Counted from the first letter of the stretch, positions 10,465 through 20,787 are shown. The stretch: 64,000 nt of DNA from Candidatus Cloacimonadales bacterium (GCA_963677495.2 CAXXOU010000004.1:192001-256000); one strand, 5' to 3'. The notes: generated from the letters alone by a model not told the origin. Program-made: numbers and translations.

Positions 10465-12750
10465 ATGCTGAAACCGATAAAGATTTTAATTTTAGAAGAT
10501 TTGCCATCTGATGCAGAGTTAGCACAACGCCAGTTAAAGAAGCATTTGGGTGAGAGTGTAATAAGGATAGTAGATTCTAGAGATGACTTTATAAATGAAT
10601 TGAACAATTTTGAACCTGATTTGATTGTTTCAGACTATAATTTGCCTAGTTTTGATGGTTTATCAGCCCTTAAGTTGACTCTTGAAAAAGATCCCAGTAT
10701 CCCGTTTATAATACTTACTGGCTCAATGAATGAGGATACAGCGGTTGAATGTATGAAAGCAGGAGCATGGGATTATGTGATAAAGGAGCATAATAAACGA
10801 CTCGGAACATCAGCGATTAGTGCTCTTGAAAAGAGAAGAGTATTAGATGAAAAAGCAAAAGTTTCTGAAACAAATCGAGAAAACCAGATATTTATCCAAC
10901 AGATTACAAGGACTATCCCCTTATTCCTCTTTATATTTGATTTAAGTTCTAATCAATCAACATATTCGAATAGAGATATCTGGAAGGCTTTAGGCTATGA
11001 AAGTTTGAATAAAACGCAAAATGAAGGTCATTTTTTACTATCCATAATTCATGAAGAGGATGTTACTTCGCACACCAACCTATTTAATAGATTAAGAGAT
11101 CTTAAAGAAGGTGAAGTTGAAAGTAATGAGTATAGAGTCAAAGATGCATCAGGGGAATGGGTCTGGTTCAGGTCTATGTATGTCGTCTTTAGTTTCGATG
11201 ATTCAGGAAAGCCATTAACAATCCTTGAATCGACGCAAGACATTACTAGTTTGAAGAAAACTCAGAGAGATCTTCGAGAAGCTCACAAATTCTACAAACA
11301 GATTCTTGATAGTACTCAAGATGGGATAGTTGTCGCTAACTTAGAAAATAAGATAGTTTTTTGGAATCCTCCCATGACTGAGATGTTTAATATGGATTAT
11401 TTAGATGTGTTAGGTAAGGATCTAGAAGATATCTTTTCTAAAATTGGACGAGAATCTGAATTACCATTGTTAGAACAGTCAAAATTAGGTCATATTGTAA
11501 CCACTCCCGATTATATTTTTAACTATAAAAGTACCGGAAAAACAGGATGGGCGAATGGAAGATATTTTCCTCTTTTAGATACGAACAATGATTTTTCAGG
11601 TGTTATTTACATGGCTCATGATATAACGAAAAGAAAACTTGATGAAGTTGAACTTAGAGAAAGTGAGCATAAATACAAGACCATATTCGAAAATATACAG
11701 GATGTATACTTTGAAACGGATATGAACGGAATTATTGTAGAGATAAGTCCTTCCTTGAACACAATCTCTGGGTATACCAGAGAGGAGATGATAGGTAAAT
11801 TTATCGGTGATGTGTATGCAGATCTTGACGTTAGAAATAGATTACTTCAGAGACTTAAGAACGGGGAACGTTTGAAAGATTATGAGATTCTTCTCTTAGA
11901 TAAAGATGGCACACAAAGAGATTGTGCTGTGACTGCCCAAATTCTGCTTGATAAAAAGGATAATAAACCTCACGTATATGGAATAATGAGGGATATTTCT
12001 GAAAGAAAGAGAATAACAAGCGAGCTGATCCAAGCGAAAGAGAAAGCAGAGGAGATGAGTAAACTTAAATCAGCCTTCTTAGCAAACATGAGTCATGAGT
12101 TGAGAACACCTCTGGTTGGAATTCTTGGATTTGCTGAGTTGCTGAATGATATGGTACCAGATTCAGAAATAAAAGAGATGGTTGAAACTATTCTTGAATC
12201 AGGTGAAAGATTGCATACAACACTGAATCTAATCCTTGATCTTTCTAGAGTTGAAGCGAACAGGCAGGAAATTAAATGGACTAAAGTTGATTTTGTTTAC
12301 CGAGTAAACGAGAATATTCGAATCTTTGAGGGATTAGCGCAAAAGAAAGGCTTAAGCTTAAAACTGAATACTGAGTATGATAAGCTTATCTGTGATAACG
12401 ACTCATATCTTTTAGACCATATTCTGAGTAATGTGATTAATAATGCGATAAAATATACAGAAACTGGTTATATAAAGGTTGATCTAAGTAAAGAAATAAT
12501 TGATGAACTAGAATATGCTGTAATTCAAGTTACTGATACTGGTATTGGTATAGACGAATGTAGACAGGAGCTTATTTTTGATGCTTTCAGACAGGCAAGT
12601 GAAGGATATCATAGAATGTATGAAGGTACAGGTCTAGGACTAACAATTACTAAAAAGTACGTAGAATTATTAAACGGAAGAATATACTTAAAAAGTGCAT
12701 TGAATCAAGGTAGTACATTTACTATACAGTTCCCTGTACACAGAGTTTAA
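10465..12750 (+). CDS. Hybrid REC-PAS(x3)-histidine kinase
   Basis: N-terminal receiver (SDYNLP), three PAS/PAC ends (QDIT, HDIT, RDIS), FLANMSHELRTPL, GTGLGL. Confidence 0.9.
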   Translation: MLKPIKILILEDLPSDAELAQRQLKKHLGESVIRIVDSRDDFINELNNFEPDLIVSDYNLPSFDGLSALKLTLEKDPSIPFIILTGSMNEDTAVECMKAGAWDYVIKEHNKRLGTSAISALEKRRVLDEKAKVSETNRENQIFIQQITRTIPLFLFIFDLSSNQSTYSNRDIWKALGYESLNKTQNEGHFLLSIIHEEDVTSHTNLFNRLRDLKEGEVESNEYRVKDASGEWVWFRSMYVVFSFDDSGKPLTILESTQDITSLKKTQRDLREAHKFYKQILDSTQDGIVVANLENKIVFWNPPMTEMFNMDYLDVLGKDLEDIFSKIGRESELPLLEQSKLGHIVTTPDYIFNYKSTGKTGWANGRYFPLLDTNNDFSGVIYMAHDITKRKLDEVELRESEHKYKTIFENIQDVYFETDMNGIIVEISPSLNTISGYTREEMIGKFIGDVYADLDVRNRLLQRLKNGERLKDYEILLLDKDGTQRDCAVTAQILLDKKDNKPHVYGIMRDISERKRITSELIQAKEKAEEMSKLKSAFLANMSHELRTPLVGILGFAELLNDMVPDSEIKEMVETILESGERLHTTLNLILDLSRVEANRQEIKWTKVDFVYRVNENIRIFEGLAQKKGLSLKLNTEYDKLICDNDSYLLDHILSNVINNAIKYTETGYIKVDLSKEIIDELEYAVIQVTDTGIGIDECRQELIFDAFRQASEGYHRMYEGTGLGLTITKKYVELLNGRIYLKSALNQGSTFTIQFPVHRV

Positions 12751-12759
12751 GGAGTAATA

Positions 12760-13152
12760 ATGCAAAGTGATGACAAGAAGTTAAAACTCTTAGTTATTGA
12801 TGATGATTATTTAGTATATGAGATTATCAGGAGAATGTTGCATGCAAGTGCAAATGTTGATTATGCCCGATCTGGAGATGAAGCGATAGAACATCTTGGG
12901 CGTTCTGAATATAGTCTGATTTTCTTAGACATTAATCTAAAGAGCAAAGAAAGTGGATTGGACATCTTGAAAAGAATTAGGGAGATCGAGAGTTTTTCTA
13001 AAACACTTGTATGCGCAACCACAGCATATGCAATGTTGGGAGACAAGGAAAGATTTCTTGAAGCTGGATGTGACTATTATCTATCTAAGCCATTTACAAA
13101 AGATAATTTGAGATTACTCATTGAAAAATCATTAGATATTGTCATAGAATAG
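12760..13152 (+). CDS. Single-domain response regulator
   Basis: VIDDD, FLDINL, TAYAMLGDKERFLEAGCDYYLSKP. Confidence 0.9.
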   Translation: MQSDDKKLKLLVIDDDYLVYEIIRRMLHASANVDYARSGDEAIEHLGRSEYSLIFLDINLKSKESGLDILKRIREIESFSKTLVCATTAYAMLGDKERFLEAGCDYYLSKPFTKDNLRLLIEKSLDIVIE

Positions 13153-13160
13153 TAAGGGGC

Positions 13161-13547
13161 TTACAGCCCCTCACTTTTCTCTATTCGTTTAATAATCTTT
13201 CTGATCAACTTATCCGGATTTACAGGTTTAAACATAACATCCTGTAAGCCTAATTTCTTACAATTTACAATTGAATGGGAAGGATCATATCCAAATCCTG
13301 TCATCATAATAACCGGAAGAGAGTTATCATAATCCATAAGAGCAGTGTATAGCTCAAACCCATTCATGTCAGGCATAGCGATATCAGTTAACACGAGGTC
13401 TATATCCCCTTGCATAACTCTCATCTTTGCCTCATGAGCAATATTAAAGGTTAAAATTTCCCAGTCTGGAATCAGCCTTTTAAGGTCATACATCAAGTTT
13501 TCGAGGAGCTCTTGCTCATCATCTACAATTACTATTTTGTACCCCAT
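13161..13547 (-). CDS. Single-domain response regulator
   Basis: IVDDE, LTDIAMPDMNG, MMTG, KP. Confidence 0.9.
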   Translation of the reverse strand: MGYKIVIVDDEQELLENLMYDLKRLIPDWEILTFNIAHEAKMRVMQGDIDLVLTDIAMPDMNGFELYTALMDYDNSLPVIMMTGFGYDPSHSIVNCKKLGLQDVMFKPVNPDKLIRKIIKRIEKSEGL

Positions 13548-14428
13548 GTCTTAGCATCTTCTCCTGCAATAGATTTGTAAGCTGTGTAATATTTATCGAA
13601 AGTTTTACTGATAACCTCTTCAGGAAGCTCAGGTGCAGGTGGGTTCTTATCCCAACCTGTTGCTGAGATATAGTCTCTGATATATTGTTTGTCGTAGCTC
13701 TTAGGTGTTTTACCAACTTCATACTCTTCAATATCCCAGAATCTTGATGAATCAGGTGTAAGCATTTCATCGATAAGGTAAATCTGGCCTTCTATAGTTC
13801 CAAACTCGAACTTAGTATCAGCTAAAATAATCCCTTTCTGTTTAAGGAAATCAGCACCGAATTTGTATAGAGCTATTGATTTTTCTTTAAGTTCTTCAGC
13901 GATATTTTTATCAACTCTGTTAAGCATTTCAGCATAGCTGATATTGATATCATGGCCCTCTTCAGCTTTTGTTGATGGAGTGAATAAAGGCATAGGGAAT
14001 CTTTGAGATTCTTTCATCTCTTCAGCGATGAGCGTGTTGTTAACAGTACCTATACTCTTATACTCTTTCCAAGCTGAACCGGTGATATAACCACGAACGA
14101 TACATTCGAAAGGTATTACTCTTGTCTTTTTAACAAGCATACTTCTGTCTTCAAGCTCTTCTTTGAAAGGATGGAACTCTTCCGGATACTCATCTACATT
14201 ATCAGTAATGAAGTGATTAGGCATGATGTCTTTAGTAGCTTTAAAGAAATGTACTGAGATTTGGTTTAAGATTTTCCCTTTGTTTTCGATCTCATTTGGA
14301 AAAACTACATCAAATGCAGAAATCCTGTCTGATGTTACGATAAGGAGTTTATCTCCTAAATCATAGATGTCTCTTACTTTTCCTTGAAAGTGCTTTTGTA
14401 CGATTTGTAGTTCGCTAATTTTCATCAC
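13532..14428 (-). CDS. purC: SAICAR synthetase
   Basis: GKVRDIY, SDRISAFD, ECIVRGY, ADTKFEFG, DEMLTPDSSRFW, DKQYIRD. Confidence 0.97.
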   Translation of the reverse strand: MMKISELQIVQKHFQGKVRDIYDLGDKLLIVTSDRISAFDVVFPNEIENKGKILNQISVHFFKATKDIMPNHFITDNVDEYPEEFHPFKEELEDRSMLVKKTRVIPFECIVRGYITGSAWKEYKSIGTVNNTLIAEEMKESQRFPMPLFTPSTKAEEGHDINISYAEMLNRVDKNIAEELKEKSIALYKFGADFLKQKGIILADTKFEFGTIEGQIYLIDEMLTPDSSRFWDIEEYEVGKTPKSYDKQYIRDYISATGWDKNPPAPELPEEVISKTFDKYYTAYKSIAGEDAKTWGTK

Positions 14429-15362
14429 TATTCTCCTCAGCTTTATATTTTAGATTTGTTAGTACTCTCTTTATATTAGTCTGATATGTTCCCATAACCA
14501 AATCTTTATTTGTGTTTACCAGCTCAAAAAAGACAATCCATAACTCATCTAAGGTGTCTTTGTTCACAGCTAAAAACTCGTTGTCGCGGAAATCCATATC
14601 GGTGAAAACTGGAAATTCATCTACTCCTTTGCTTGTCTCAACACTTCTAACCATGCCTTTAAGTATCTCTATTTTAGTGCCTTCACCCTCCATCACTGTG
14701 TTGATATAACGGGCTGTATAGTAGAATATCATATATTGATAGAATCGGGATAAAAGGTCTATTTGCTTTCTCATAATCTCAGAGTCTTCAAACTTTATAT
14801 CATTAAACAGATCGGCACGTTTCTTCTCTAAAATTGATAAGAATGTGCTTCCTGATCGAAGATAAGTCTCAATAAGAAGATTCTTAGAGAATTTCTTACC
14901 AGCTTCCATTTGAAAAAGTTGTCTGAAAGTTTTAACTAAATCTGCAAGAAAGAAACGATCTCTAAAAGGACCAATATAGAATAGATCACCTTGTGTATCT
15001 TCTTTAATCTGAACTTGTATATCTCCATCAAAGTCTAATGCTAAATAGCAGTAGTCTTCATAAGGTTTAATTTGTGCCTGTAACTGAGGTTTAAGTTTCT
15101 TGATTAGCTTCTTTTGCCAGATAAGAGCATTAAAAGTATCAGGCATCTCTTCCCAATGAATCTCTGTGGCAGTATCTTTTAATGCTATGAATCTTGGATC
15201 TTCCTGCATTTTATCAAGATAGAAACGTATTCTGCCTTGCAGGTTTCCAGCTAAAGAAACATAGAGAGCGTTAAGAGCATTCGAGAAATAGAAGATTCCC
15301 GGATTCTTTGGTAATTTATCAATCTTAGCCTGCATGTCAGACGTGATAGTTAATAGATTCAT
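14415..15362 (-). CDS. Degenerate UvrC/Cho-like protein (GIY-YIG-like N-terminus plus UVR-like helix)
   Basis: LPKNPGIFYF...LYVSLAGNLQGRIRFY resembles the UvrC N-terminus; YIGPF; IKFEDSEIMRKQI. Confidence 0.55.
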   Translation of the reverse strand: MNLLTITSDMQAKIDKLPKNPGIFYFSNALNALYVSLAGNLQGRIRFYLDKMQEDPRFIALKDTATEIHWEEMPDTFNALIWQKKLIKKLKPQLQAQIKPYEDYCYLALDFDGDIQVQIKEDTQGDLFYIGPFRDRFFLADLVKTFRQLFQMEAGKKFSKNLLIETYLRSGSTFLSILEKKRADLFNDIKFEDSEIMRKQIDLLSRFYQYMIFYYTARYINTVMEGEGTKIEILKGMVRSVETSKGVDEFPVFTDMDFRDNEFLAVNKDTLDELWIVFFELVNTNKDLVMGTYQTNIKRVLTNLKYKAEENSDEN

Positions 15363-15378
15363 CTTAATTCCTTCTTTC

Positions 15379-16344
15379 CTAATTATTTATAACTTCCGGA
15401 TTTACAATAGCTTTTGGCATCTTGCCGTCTAATGCTGCGATAGCATTGTCTACTGCTAGGAAACCCATTGTGTTTCTTGTTTCAGTTGTAGCTGAACCTA
15501 TATGAGGTAACAATACAACATTTTCAAGATTCATCAGTTCGGGACAAATTTCCGGTTCATGCTCATATACGTCAAGTCCTGCTCCGGCTATTTCCCCATT
15601 TTTAAGTGCTTTAACTAACTCAAGCTCGTTTACGCAAGCTCCACGAGCTGTGTTAATAAGAATAGCATTTCTTTTCATCAACTTAAATTGATCTTTATCA
15701 ATCAGATAATGTGTGTCTTTTGTGTATGGAATATTCAAGCTGATAAAGTCAGATTTTGCTAAAAGCTCTTCTAACGGAACTTGAGTAGCGTTAATACCAT
15801 CTATTGTAGTTTTTGAACGATTAGTGTAGAGTACATTCATATTGAAACCGGAAGCTCTGCGTGCTACTGCTTTACCAATTCTACCAGCACCAATCACTCC
15901 AAGTGTTTTCCCGGAAATCTCATGCCCACAAAAGAGAGTTGGTTTCCAGCCTTTGAATTTCCCGGCCCTTACGTAGCTATCACTTTGAACAATCTGCCTT
16001 GCAACTGCAAACAATAAGCTCCAAGCAATATCAGCTGTAGCTTCTGTTAGTACTCCGGGAGTATTGCAAACAGCAATACCCAGCTCAGTTGCTGTAATGA
16101 CATCAATGTTATTATATCCAACCGCATAATTACTAACACATTTCAGTTTAGGATTTGCCCTTAAGATCTCTTCATCAATTTTGTCTGCAAGAGTGCACAA
16201 AACTGCATCTGCCCACTTAATACCTTCAAGCAACTCAGCTTTGCTGAGAGCTCTGTCGTCCAAGTTAGCTCTTAGTTCAAAATTATCTTTAATATAGTTC
16301 ATTGCTTCTTTTGGAAGCTCTCTTGTCACAAACAGTTTCTTCAT
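15379..16344 (-). CDS. D-2-hydroxyacid dehydrogenase (glyoxylate reductase/D-glycerate dehydrogenase)
   Basis: AVGYNNID, NTPGVLT, GAGRIG, INTARG, GLDVYEHEP, PHIGSAT. Confidence 0.92.
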   Translation of the reverse strand: MKKLFVTRELPKEAMNYIKDNFELRANLDDRALSKAELLEGIKWADAVLCTLADKIDEEILRANPKLKCVSNYAVGYNNIDVITATELGIAVCNTPGVLTEATADIAWSLLFAVARQIVQSDSYVRAGKFKGWKPTLFCGHEISGKTLGVIGAGRIGKAVARRASGFNMNVLYTNRSKTTIDGINATQVPLEELLAKSDFISLNIPYTKDTHYLIDKDQFKLMKRNAILINTARGACVNELELVKALKNGEIAGAGLDVYEHEPEICPELMNLENVVLLPHIGSATTETRNTMGFLAVDNAIAALDGKMPKAIVNPEVINN

Positions 16345-17456
16345 ATGTTATCTACCTGATATTTAAATGATTTTATACCATGGAAGATAGCTTTCACTAT
16401 CTTGTCCTGATGTTCTTTCTTATTCAGTTTTTTCTCTTCATCCTTATTAGAAATGAAACCTGCTTCAATTAGTACAGCAGGCATGTAAGCACCTTTCAAT
16501 ACATAAAATCCGGCTTGCTTAACCCCTCGATCTTCTGACTTAGTTGCAGTAACTAGGTTTGTTTGTAACTTATTAGCTAAGTCGGAACTCTCAGCTAACT
16601 GTTCAGTCATAGATATGTCTGCAAGTAGGAAGTCTAAAGAGTTGTATTCCTCAACTGCATCCTCACCACCTTCATACTTATAAACAACTGAGTTTTCCAT
16701 CTGTTCAACAGCTCTAGCTTCGTCAGTTTTTGCAGTAGAAAGATAGTAAACTTCGATTCCTGTTGCTTTTTTATTTCTAGCTGAGTTGAGATGTATAGAA
16801 ATGAACATATCAGCTTTTTCAGAGTTGGCAAATTTTGTACGGTTTCTTAGATGAACATACTCATCTTTTGACCGTGTAAGTAGCACTTTAACATCGAGAT
16901 TCTTTTCTAATAACTCTTTCAGCTTAGTCGCAATATAAAGTGTTATATCTTTCTCTTTTAATTTTTTAGATATTCCAACAGCACCAGGATCTTTCCCTCC
17001 ATGCCCAGGATCAATAACTATAGTTCTAATAGCATCATCGTCAGGTATTTCAGCTAGTAATAACCTACGCTTCATATCGAAGCGAATCTCTTTCTTAAAA
17101 ATATACGGGGCAACTTCAGCGAAGAAAGAAACAGGTAAGTAGTAGACTCCATCATGTAGTTTTAAATCATATATAAAGCTGAAGTAGTCAGTTCTATAAT
17201 TTACGAAAGAGCTTTCGGTAAGGAAATAAAGATGTTTCTTGTAAATAGATACTCTAAGTTTATCATCTTTCAATTCTTCTCTATAAGAACCACCCATGAT
17301 ATCTGAAAACTCTTTAAGTTTGAAATAACTGATCTCTCCAAACTTGGTCTCTTTTAGCGTACGCTTATCTTTCGATCCTTTGAATCTGATAGATATATCA
17401 GCACTTAAAATACTCACACAAATTATTATCGTTGCTAGGCATATTATCTTTTTCAT
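16341..17456 (-). CDS. N-acetylmuramoyl-L-alanine amidase (Amidase_3)
   Basis: Signal peptide; IDPGHGGKDPGA, EKD, FISIH, PAVLIEAGFISN. Confidence 0.93.
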   Translation of the reverse strand: MKKIICLATIIICVSILSADISIRFKGSKDKRTLKETKFGEISYFKLKEFSDIMGGSYREELKDDKLRVSIYKKHLYFLTESSFVNYRTDYFSFIYDLKLHDGVYYLPVSFFAEVAPYIFKKEIRFDMKRRLLLAEIPDDDAIRTIVIDPGHGGKDPGAVGISKKLKEKDITLYIATKLKELLEKNLDVKVLLTRSKDEYVHLRNRTKFANSEKADMFISIHLNSARNKKATGIEVYYLSTAKTDEARAVEQMENSVVYKYEGGEDAVEEYNSLDFLLADISMTEQLAESSDLANKLQTNLVTATKSEDRGVKQAGFYVLKGAYMPAVLIEAGFISNKDEEKKLNKKEHQDKIVKAIFHGIKSFKYQVDNI

Positions 17457-18355
17457 TATAATTCATCCTTGAATTTAGGTGTCCATGCATCACTGCTTCC
17501 ACATTCCTGAACGTATGCATTTTTGAAGCCAAGAGTAGCAGTTAATCTAACTAAATCATCATATAAATCGGGTGAGACTGACTTACTAAGAACTTTAGAT
17601 TTATCTGCCTGATAAGTTGGGTAATACTGTCCCATTAAGCTGAGATATAAGTCACTCCCAAATTCTTCATGCAACATATACAATACTTTCTTGGAACCTG
17701 ATACATCATCAGGTAGCACAAGATGGCGTACTAGCATTCCCCGAGTAGCTATCTCTTCACTACAAACAATATCTCCAACTTGCCTATACATCTCTTTTAA
17801 AGCAAGTAATGCTATATCTGGATAATCAGGTGCAAAGGAGTATTTCTTAGAAAACTTAGGACTGTAGTATTTGAAATCAGGAATATAGATATCAACTAAA
17901 CCATCTAATGTCTTTAAAGTCTCTATAGACTCATATCCATTAGAGTTCCATATGACAGGTAAAAACAAACCTAATTTCTTAGCTTCTATTATCGCTTCAC
18001 GAATCTGTGGTGTATAATGGGTAGGGGAGACCAGGTTAATGTTGTGTACACCATTATTTTGTAGTTCAAGCATTATTTTTACAAGCGCTGATATGGTGAT
18101 AGGTTTACCATCTCCCTGTTGACTTATTTGCCAGTTTTGACAGAACACACAGTGCAGGTTACAATTTGAGAAGAAGATTGTACCACTGCCGGAAGAACCA
18201 GAGAAAATAGGTTCTTCTCCAAAGTGTTTTTGATGCAGGTTATATTTGATTTGTTCAGTACTGTTACAGTTACCGGTCGTAGCGTATCTATCAACTCCAC
18301 ACTCATGTGGACAGATTTTACAAGCTTTTAGTTCCGTGAAAAGCTTGTCACTCAT
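17456..18355 (-). CDS. PflX-like radical SAM protein
   Basis: CKICPHECGVDR, HFGEEP, GSGTIFFSNCNLHCVFCQN, RHLVLP. Confidence 0.9.
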   Translation of the reverse strand: MSDKLFTELKACKICPHECGVDRYATTGNCNSTEQIKYNLHQKHFGEEPIFSGSSGSGTIFFSNCNLHCVFCQNWQISQQGDGKPITISALVKIMLELQNNGVHNINLVSPTHYTPQIREAIIEAKKLGLFLPVIWNSNGYESIETLKTLDGLVDIYIPDFKYYSPKFSKKYSFAPDYPDIALLALKEMYRQVGDIVCSEEIATRGMLVRHLVLPDDVSGSKKVLYMLHEEFGSDLYLSLMGQYYPTYQADKSKVLSKSVSPDLYDDLVRLTATLGFKNAYVQECGSSDAWTPKFKDEL

Positions 18356-18731
18356 TTAAACTGAAGCTCTCCGGTAATAGTTTTTTGATTGAAGTGACAT
18401 TACTTTGAGAGTTGGACCCATAGATAATCTCTACATCATCGCTAAACTCACTTATAACTTGTCTACAAGCTCCGCAAGGAGGAAAGGGTATCTCAGCATT
18501 AGCAAAAACTGCTAGCTTCACAATCTTCTTTTCTCCTGCTGAGATCATTTTAAATATGGCTGTTCTTTCTGCACAGTTTGTGAGTGAATAAGAGCTGTTC
18601 TCAACATTACAACCAGTATAGATATTGCCATTATCAGTTAATACTGCAGCCCCAACCTTGAACCCTGAATAGGGAGCATATGCGTGCTGGGAAGCTTCTT
18701 TTGCTAGCTCGAGTAACTTTGTGAGTTCCAT
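18348..18731 (-). CDS. cdd: Cytidine deaminase
   Basis: AYAPYSGFKVGAA, GCNVEN, CAERTA, PCGACRQ. Confidence 0.95.
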   Translation of the reverse strand: MELTKLLELAKEASQHAYAPYSGFKVGAAVLTDNGNIYTGCNVENSSYSLTNCAERTAIFKMISAGEKKIVKLAVFANAEIPFPPCGACRQVISEFSDDVEIIYGSNSQSNVTSIKKLLPESFSLNE

Positions 18732-18740
18732 ATTTTCTCC

Positions 18741-19850
18741 TTAGCTTAGAAGTGCAAGGATGATTCCACCTGCAACAACTGACCCAATCTGCCCTGCAAC
18801 ATTAGCGCTTACGGCAGGCATGAGTAGGAAGTTGAACGGATCTTCTTTTAATCCCATTTTATGTATGACACGGGCTGACATTGGGAAGGCTGAAATTCCA
18901 CATGCACCAATCATCGGATTTATTTTCTTCTTAATAAACAGATTCAAGAGTTTTGCAAACAGCACACCACCGGCTGTGTCGAATATGAAAGCAACCAATC
19001 CAAGGCACATAATGAACAATGTCTTTGTTTGAAGGAAATCCTCTCCTGTCATCTTGGTTGCAATAGCAATACCCAGCAGGATTGTAACAATATTGCCAAG
19101 TTCCTTCTGTGCAGTTAATGATAATGATTCAAGCACACCACATTCTCTTATAAGGTTACCAAACATGAGGAATCCAATAAGCGCAGCTGATTCCGGAGCA
19201 ATAAGCCCTGCGAGTAGCGTTATCATAATAGGGAAGATAATCTTTACTGATTTAGGTATATCACTTGTGTTATAATCCATACGGATCTTACGCTCTTTGC
19301 TGGTTGTAAGTAGTTTTACCACAGGTGGTTGGATAATAGGTACTAAAGCCATGTATGAGTATGCAGCTACAGAGATAGGACCTAAAAGGTCTTTAGCAAA
19401 CTTTGAGGCTACATATATAGATGTTGGACCATCAGCTGCACCAATAATGCCTATTGATGCTGCTTCTCTGATAGGAAAACCGATTAAAGCAGCCATAGAG
19501 ATAGTGAAGAATATACCGAATTGGGCTGCTGCACCGAACAAGAGCATGAGCGGATTGGTTAATAATGGTGTGAAGTCAATCATAGCACCAATAGCGATGA
19601 ATATCAGTAAAGGAAACAACTCATTGGCAATTCCAAAGTCAAACAGGACTCTCATAGCTCCATGAGGGCTTATAGTTCCCACAAGCTCAGCCATGGGAAG
19701 ATTTGCCAGTATTGTACCAAAACCAATAGGTAATAGTAAAGCAGGCTCATACTCTTTCTTGATTGCGAGATAGATTAGTATGAAGCCAATCAATATCATA
19801 ATTGTACTTTTAAGCTCAATCGCCATTATTCCACGAAACAATTCCTGCAT
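18741..19850 (-). CDS. Na+-translocating decarboxylase beta subunit (stand-alone paralogue)
   Basis: EPALLLPIGFG, GAMIDF, GIIGAADGPTSIY, AYSYMALVPIIQPP, NVAGQIGS. Confidence 0.92.
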   Translation of the reverse strand: MQELFRGIMAIELKSTIMILIGFILIYLAIKKEYEPALLLPIGFGTILANLPMAELVGTISPHGAMRVLFDFGIANELFPLLIFIAIGAMIDFTPLLTNPLMLLFGAAAQFGIFFTISMAALIGFPIREAASIGIIGAADGPTSIYVASKFAKDLLGPISVAAYSYMALVPIIQPPVVKLLTTSKERKIRMDYNTSDIPKSVKIIFPIMITLLAGLIAPESAALIGFLMFGNLIRECGVLESLSLTAQKELGNIVTILLGIAIATKMTGEDFLQTKTLFIMCLGLVAFIFDTAGGVLFAKLLNLFIKKKINPMIGACGISAFPMSARVIHKMGLKEDPFNFLLMPAVSANVAGQIGSVVAGGIILALLS

Positions 19851-19899
19851 ATATTCTCCAATAAAATCAGTATGAATTCACTTTTCTAATCACAGTAAA

Positions 19900-20298
19900 T
19901 TAATCAATGTATTTTTTGTATTCTTCCATTATCTCTTTGGGTAAACGAGTTGGGCGCCCATTTTTAACAAAAGCACCAAATACAGTCAATGTGCTACAAA
20001 GATCATTATTCTGATTATAAATCTCTTGGTACCAACGACCTTTAACTCTATTTAACTCCTGAATATGAGTCTCGATTCTTATCTTTTCACCAAAACATAC
20101 ACCTTTTTTATAGTCAAGCTCTACACGTATAACAAATATTCCCATCTCCAAATCACTAAGCGCATGGATTGAGTACTTGGTCTCATCCAATGCTTCACTT
20201 CTTGCCTCTTCATAAATCTGAAGATAGTTTGCATTATTCATATGACCATAGATATCACATTCATACCCATAAATCTTGCGACTATATGTAAATGCCAT
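19900..20298 (-). CDS. Acyl-CoA thioesterase (4HBT/YbgC hot-dog family)
   Basis: ECDIYGHMNNANYLQIYEEAR; start moved to MAFTY after GGAGGA. Confidence 0.85.
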   Translation of the reverse strand: MAFTYSRKIYGYECDIYGHMNNANYLQIYEEARSEALDETKYSIHALSDLEMGIFVIRVELDYKKGVCFGEKIRIETHIQELNRVKGRWYQEIYNQNNDLCSTLTVFGAFVKNGRPTRLPKEIMEEYKKYID

Positions 20299-20543
20299 TT
20301 CATCCTCCAAAATATTATCTTTTAGTGTTTCATATATGTAATAAGGGATGTTGTCAAGGAATGTATTTATTTTATGGAGTGCACCAACTGTGTAGGTGCG
20401 TCTTGTCACACAACTCTTAGATGAGTCCTTCAGTACTCCTGGAAGTATCTGACAAACTCCATGAAACAGATCTCTACCTAATTATCCTCCAAATTTTCCC
20501 TGCTGGCGAATTTTCCCAATTTTGCACCAATTTTGCCCTGCTT

Positions 20544-20700
20544 CATCCCTTCCGGTTCCGTGACTAAAAAGGTGTTTCAAAGGTAATCCACAGGTGACCC
20601 TCTCGTGACCCTCTCGTGGAAGGCCTCGAATTATCCACATGATGTGGATAACTTGAATATCTATGAAAAACTTGTCGTAGTCACGCGACTGGAAGGGATG
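20544..20700. repeat. Inverted-repeat-bounded element with DnaA-box palindrome and 11-bp-period array (copy B, reverse orientation)
   Basis: IR 20544-20566/20678-20700; five 11-mers 20569-20623; TTATCCACA-tga-TGTGGATAA 20631-20651. Confidence 0.8.
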
Positions 20701-20787
20701 CATAAGGCTTAGTTTTCGATAAACAATGTAGACTTATAAATGGTGAAAGGGTTGAATGTGAGTTTAGCTACTAAGTTGATACAATAG

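Noticed and set aside
20631..20651. DnaA-box pair as oriC (genes are mostly minus-strand left of 28 kb and plus-strand to the right)
   Set aside because: Only two boxes, the same pair recurs at 8.4 and 46.5 kb, and no dnaA/dnaN is nearby. A whole-genome GC-skew plot would be needed.
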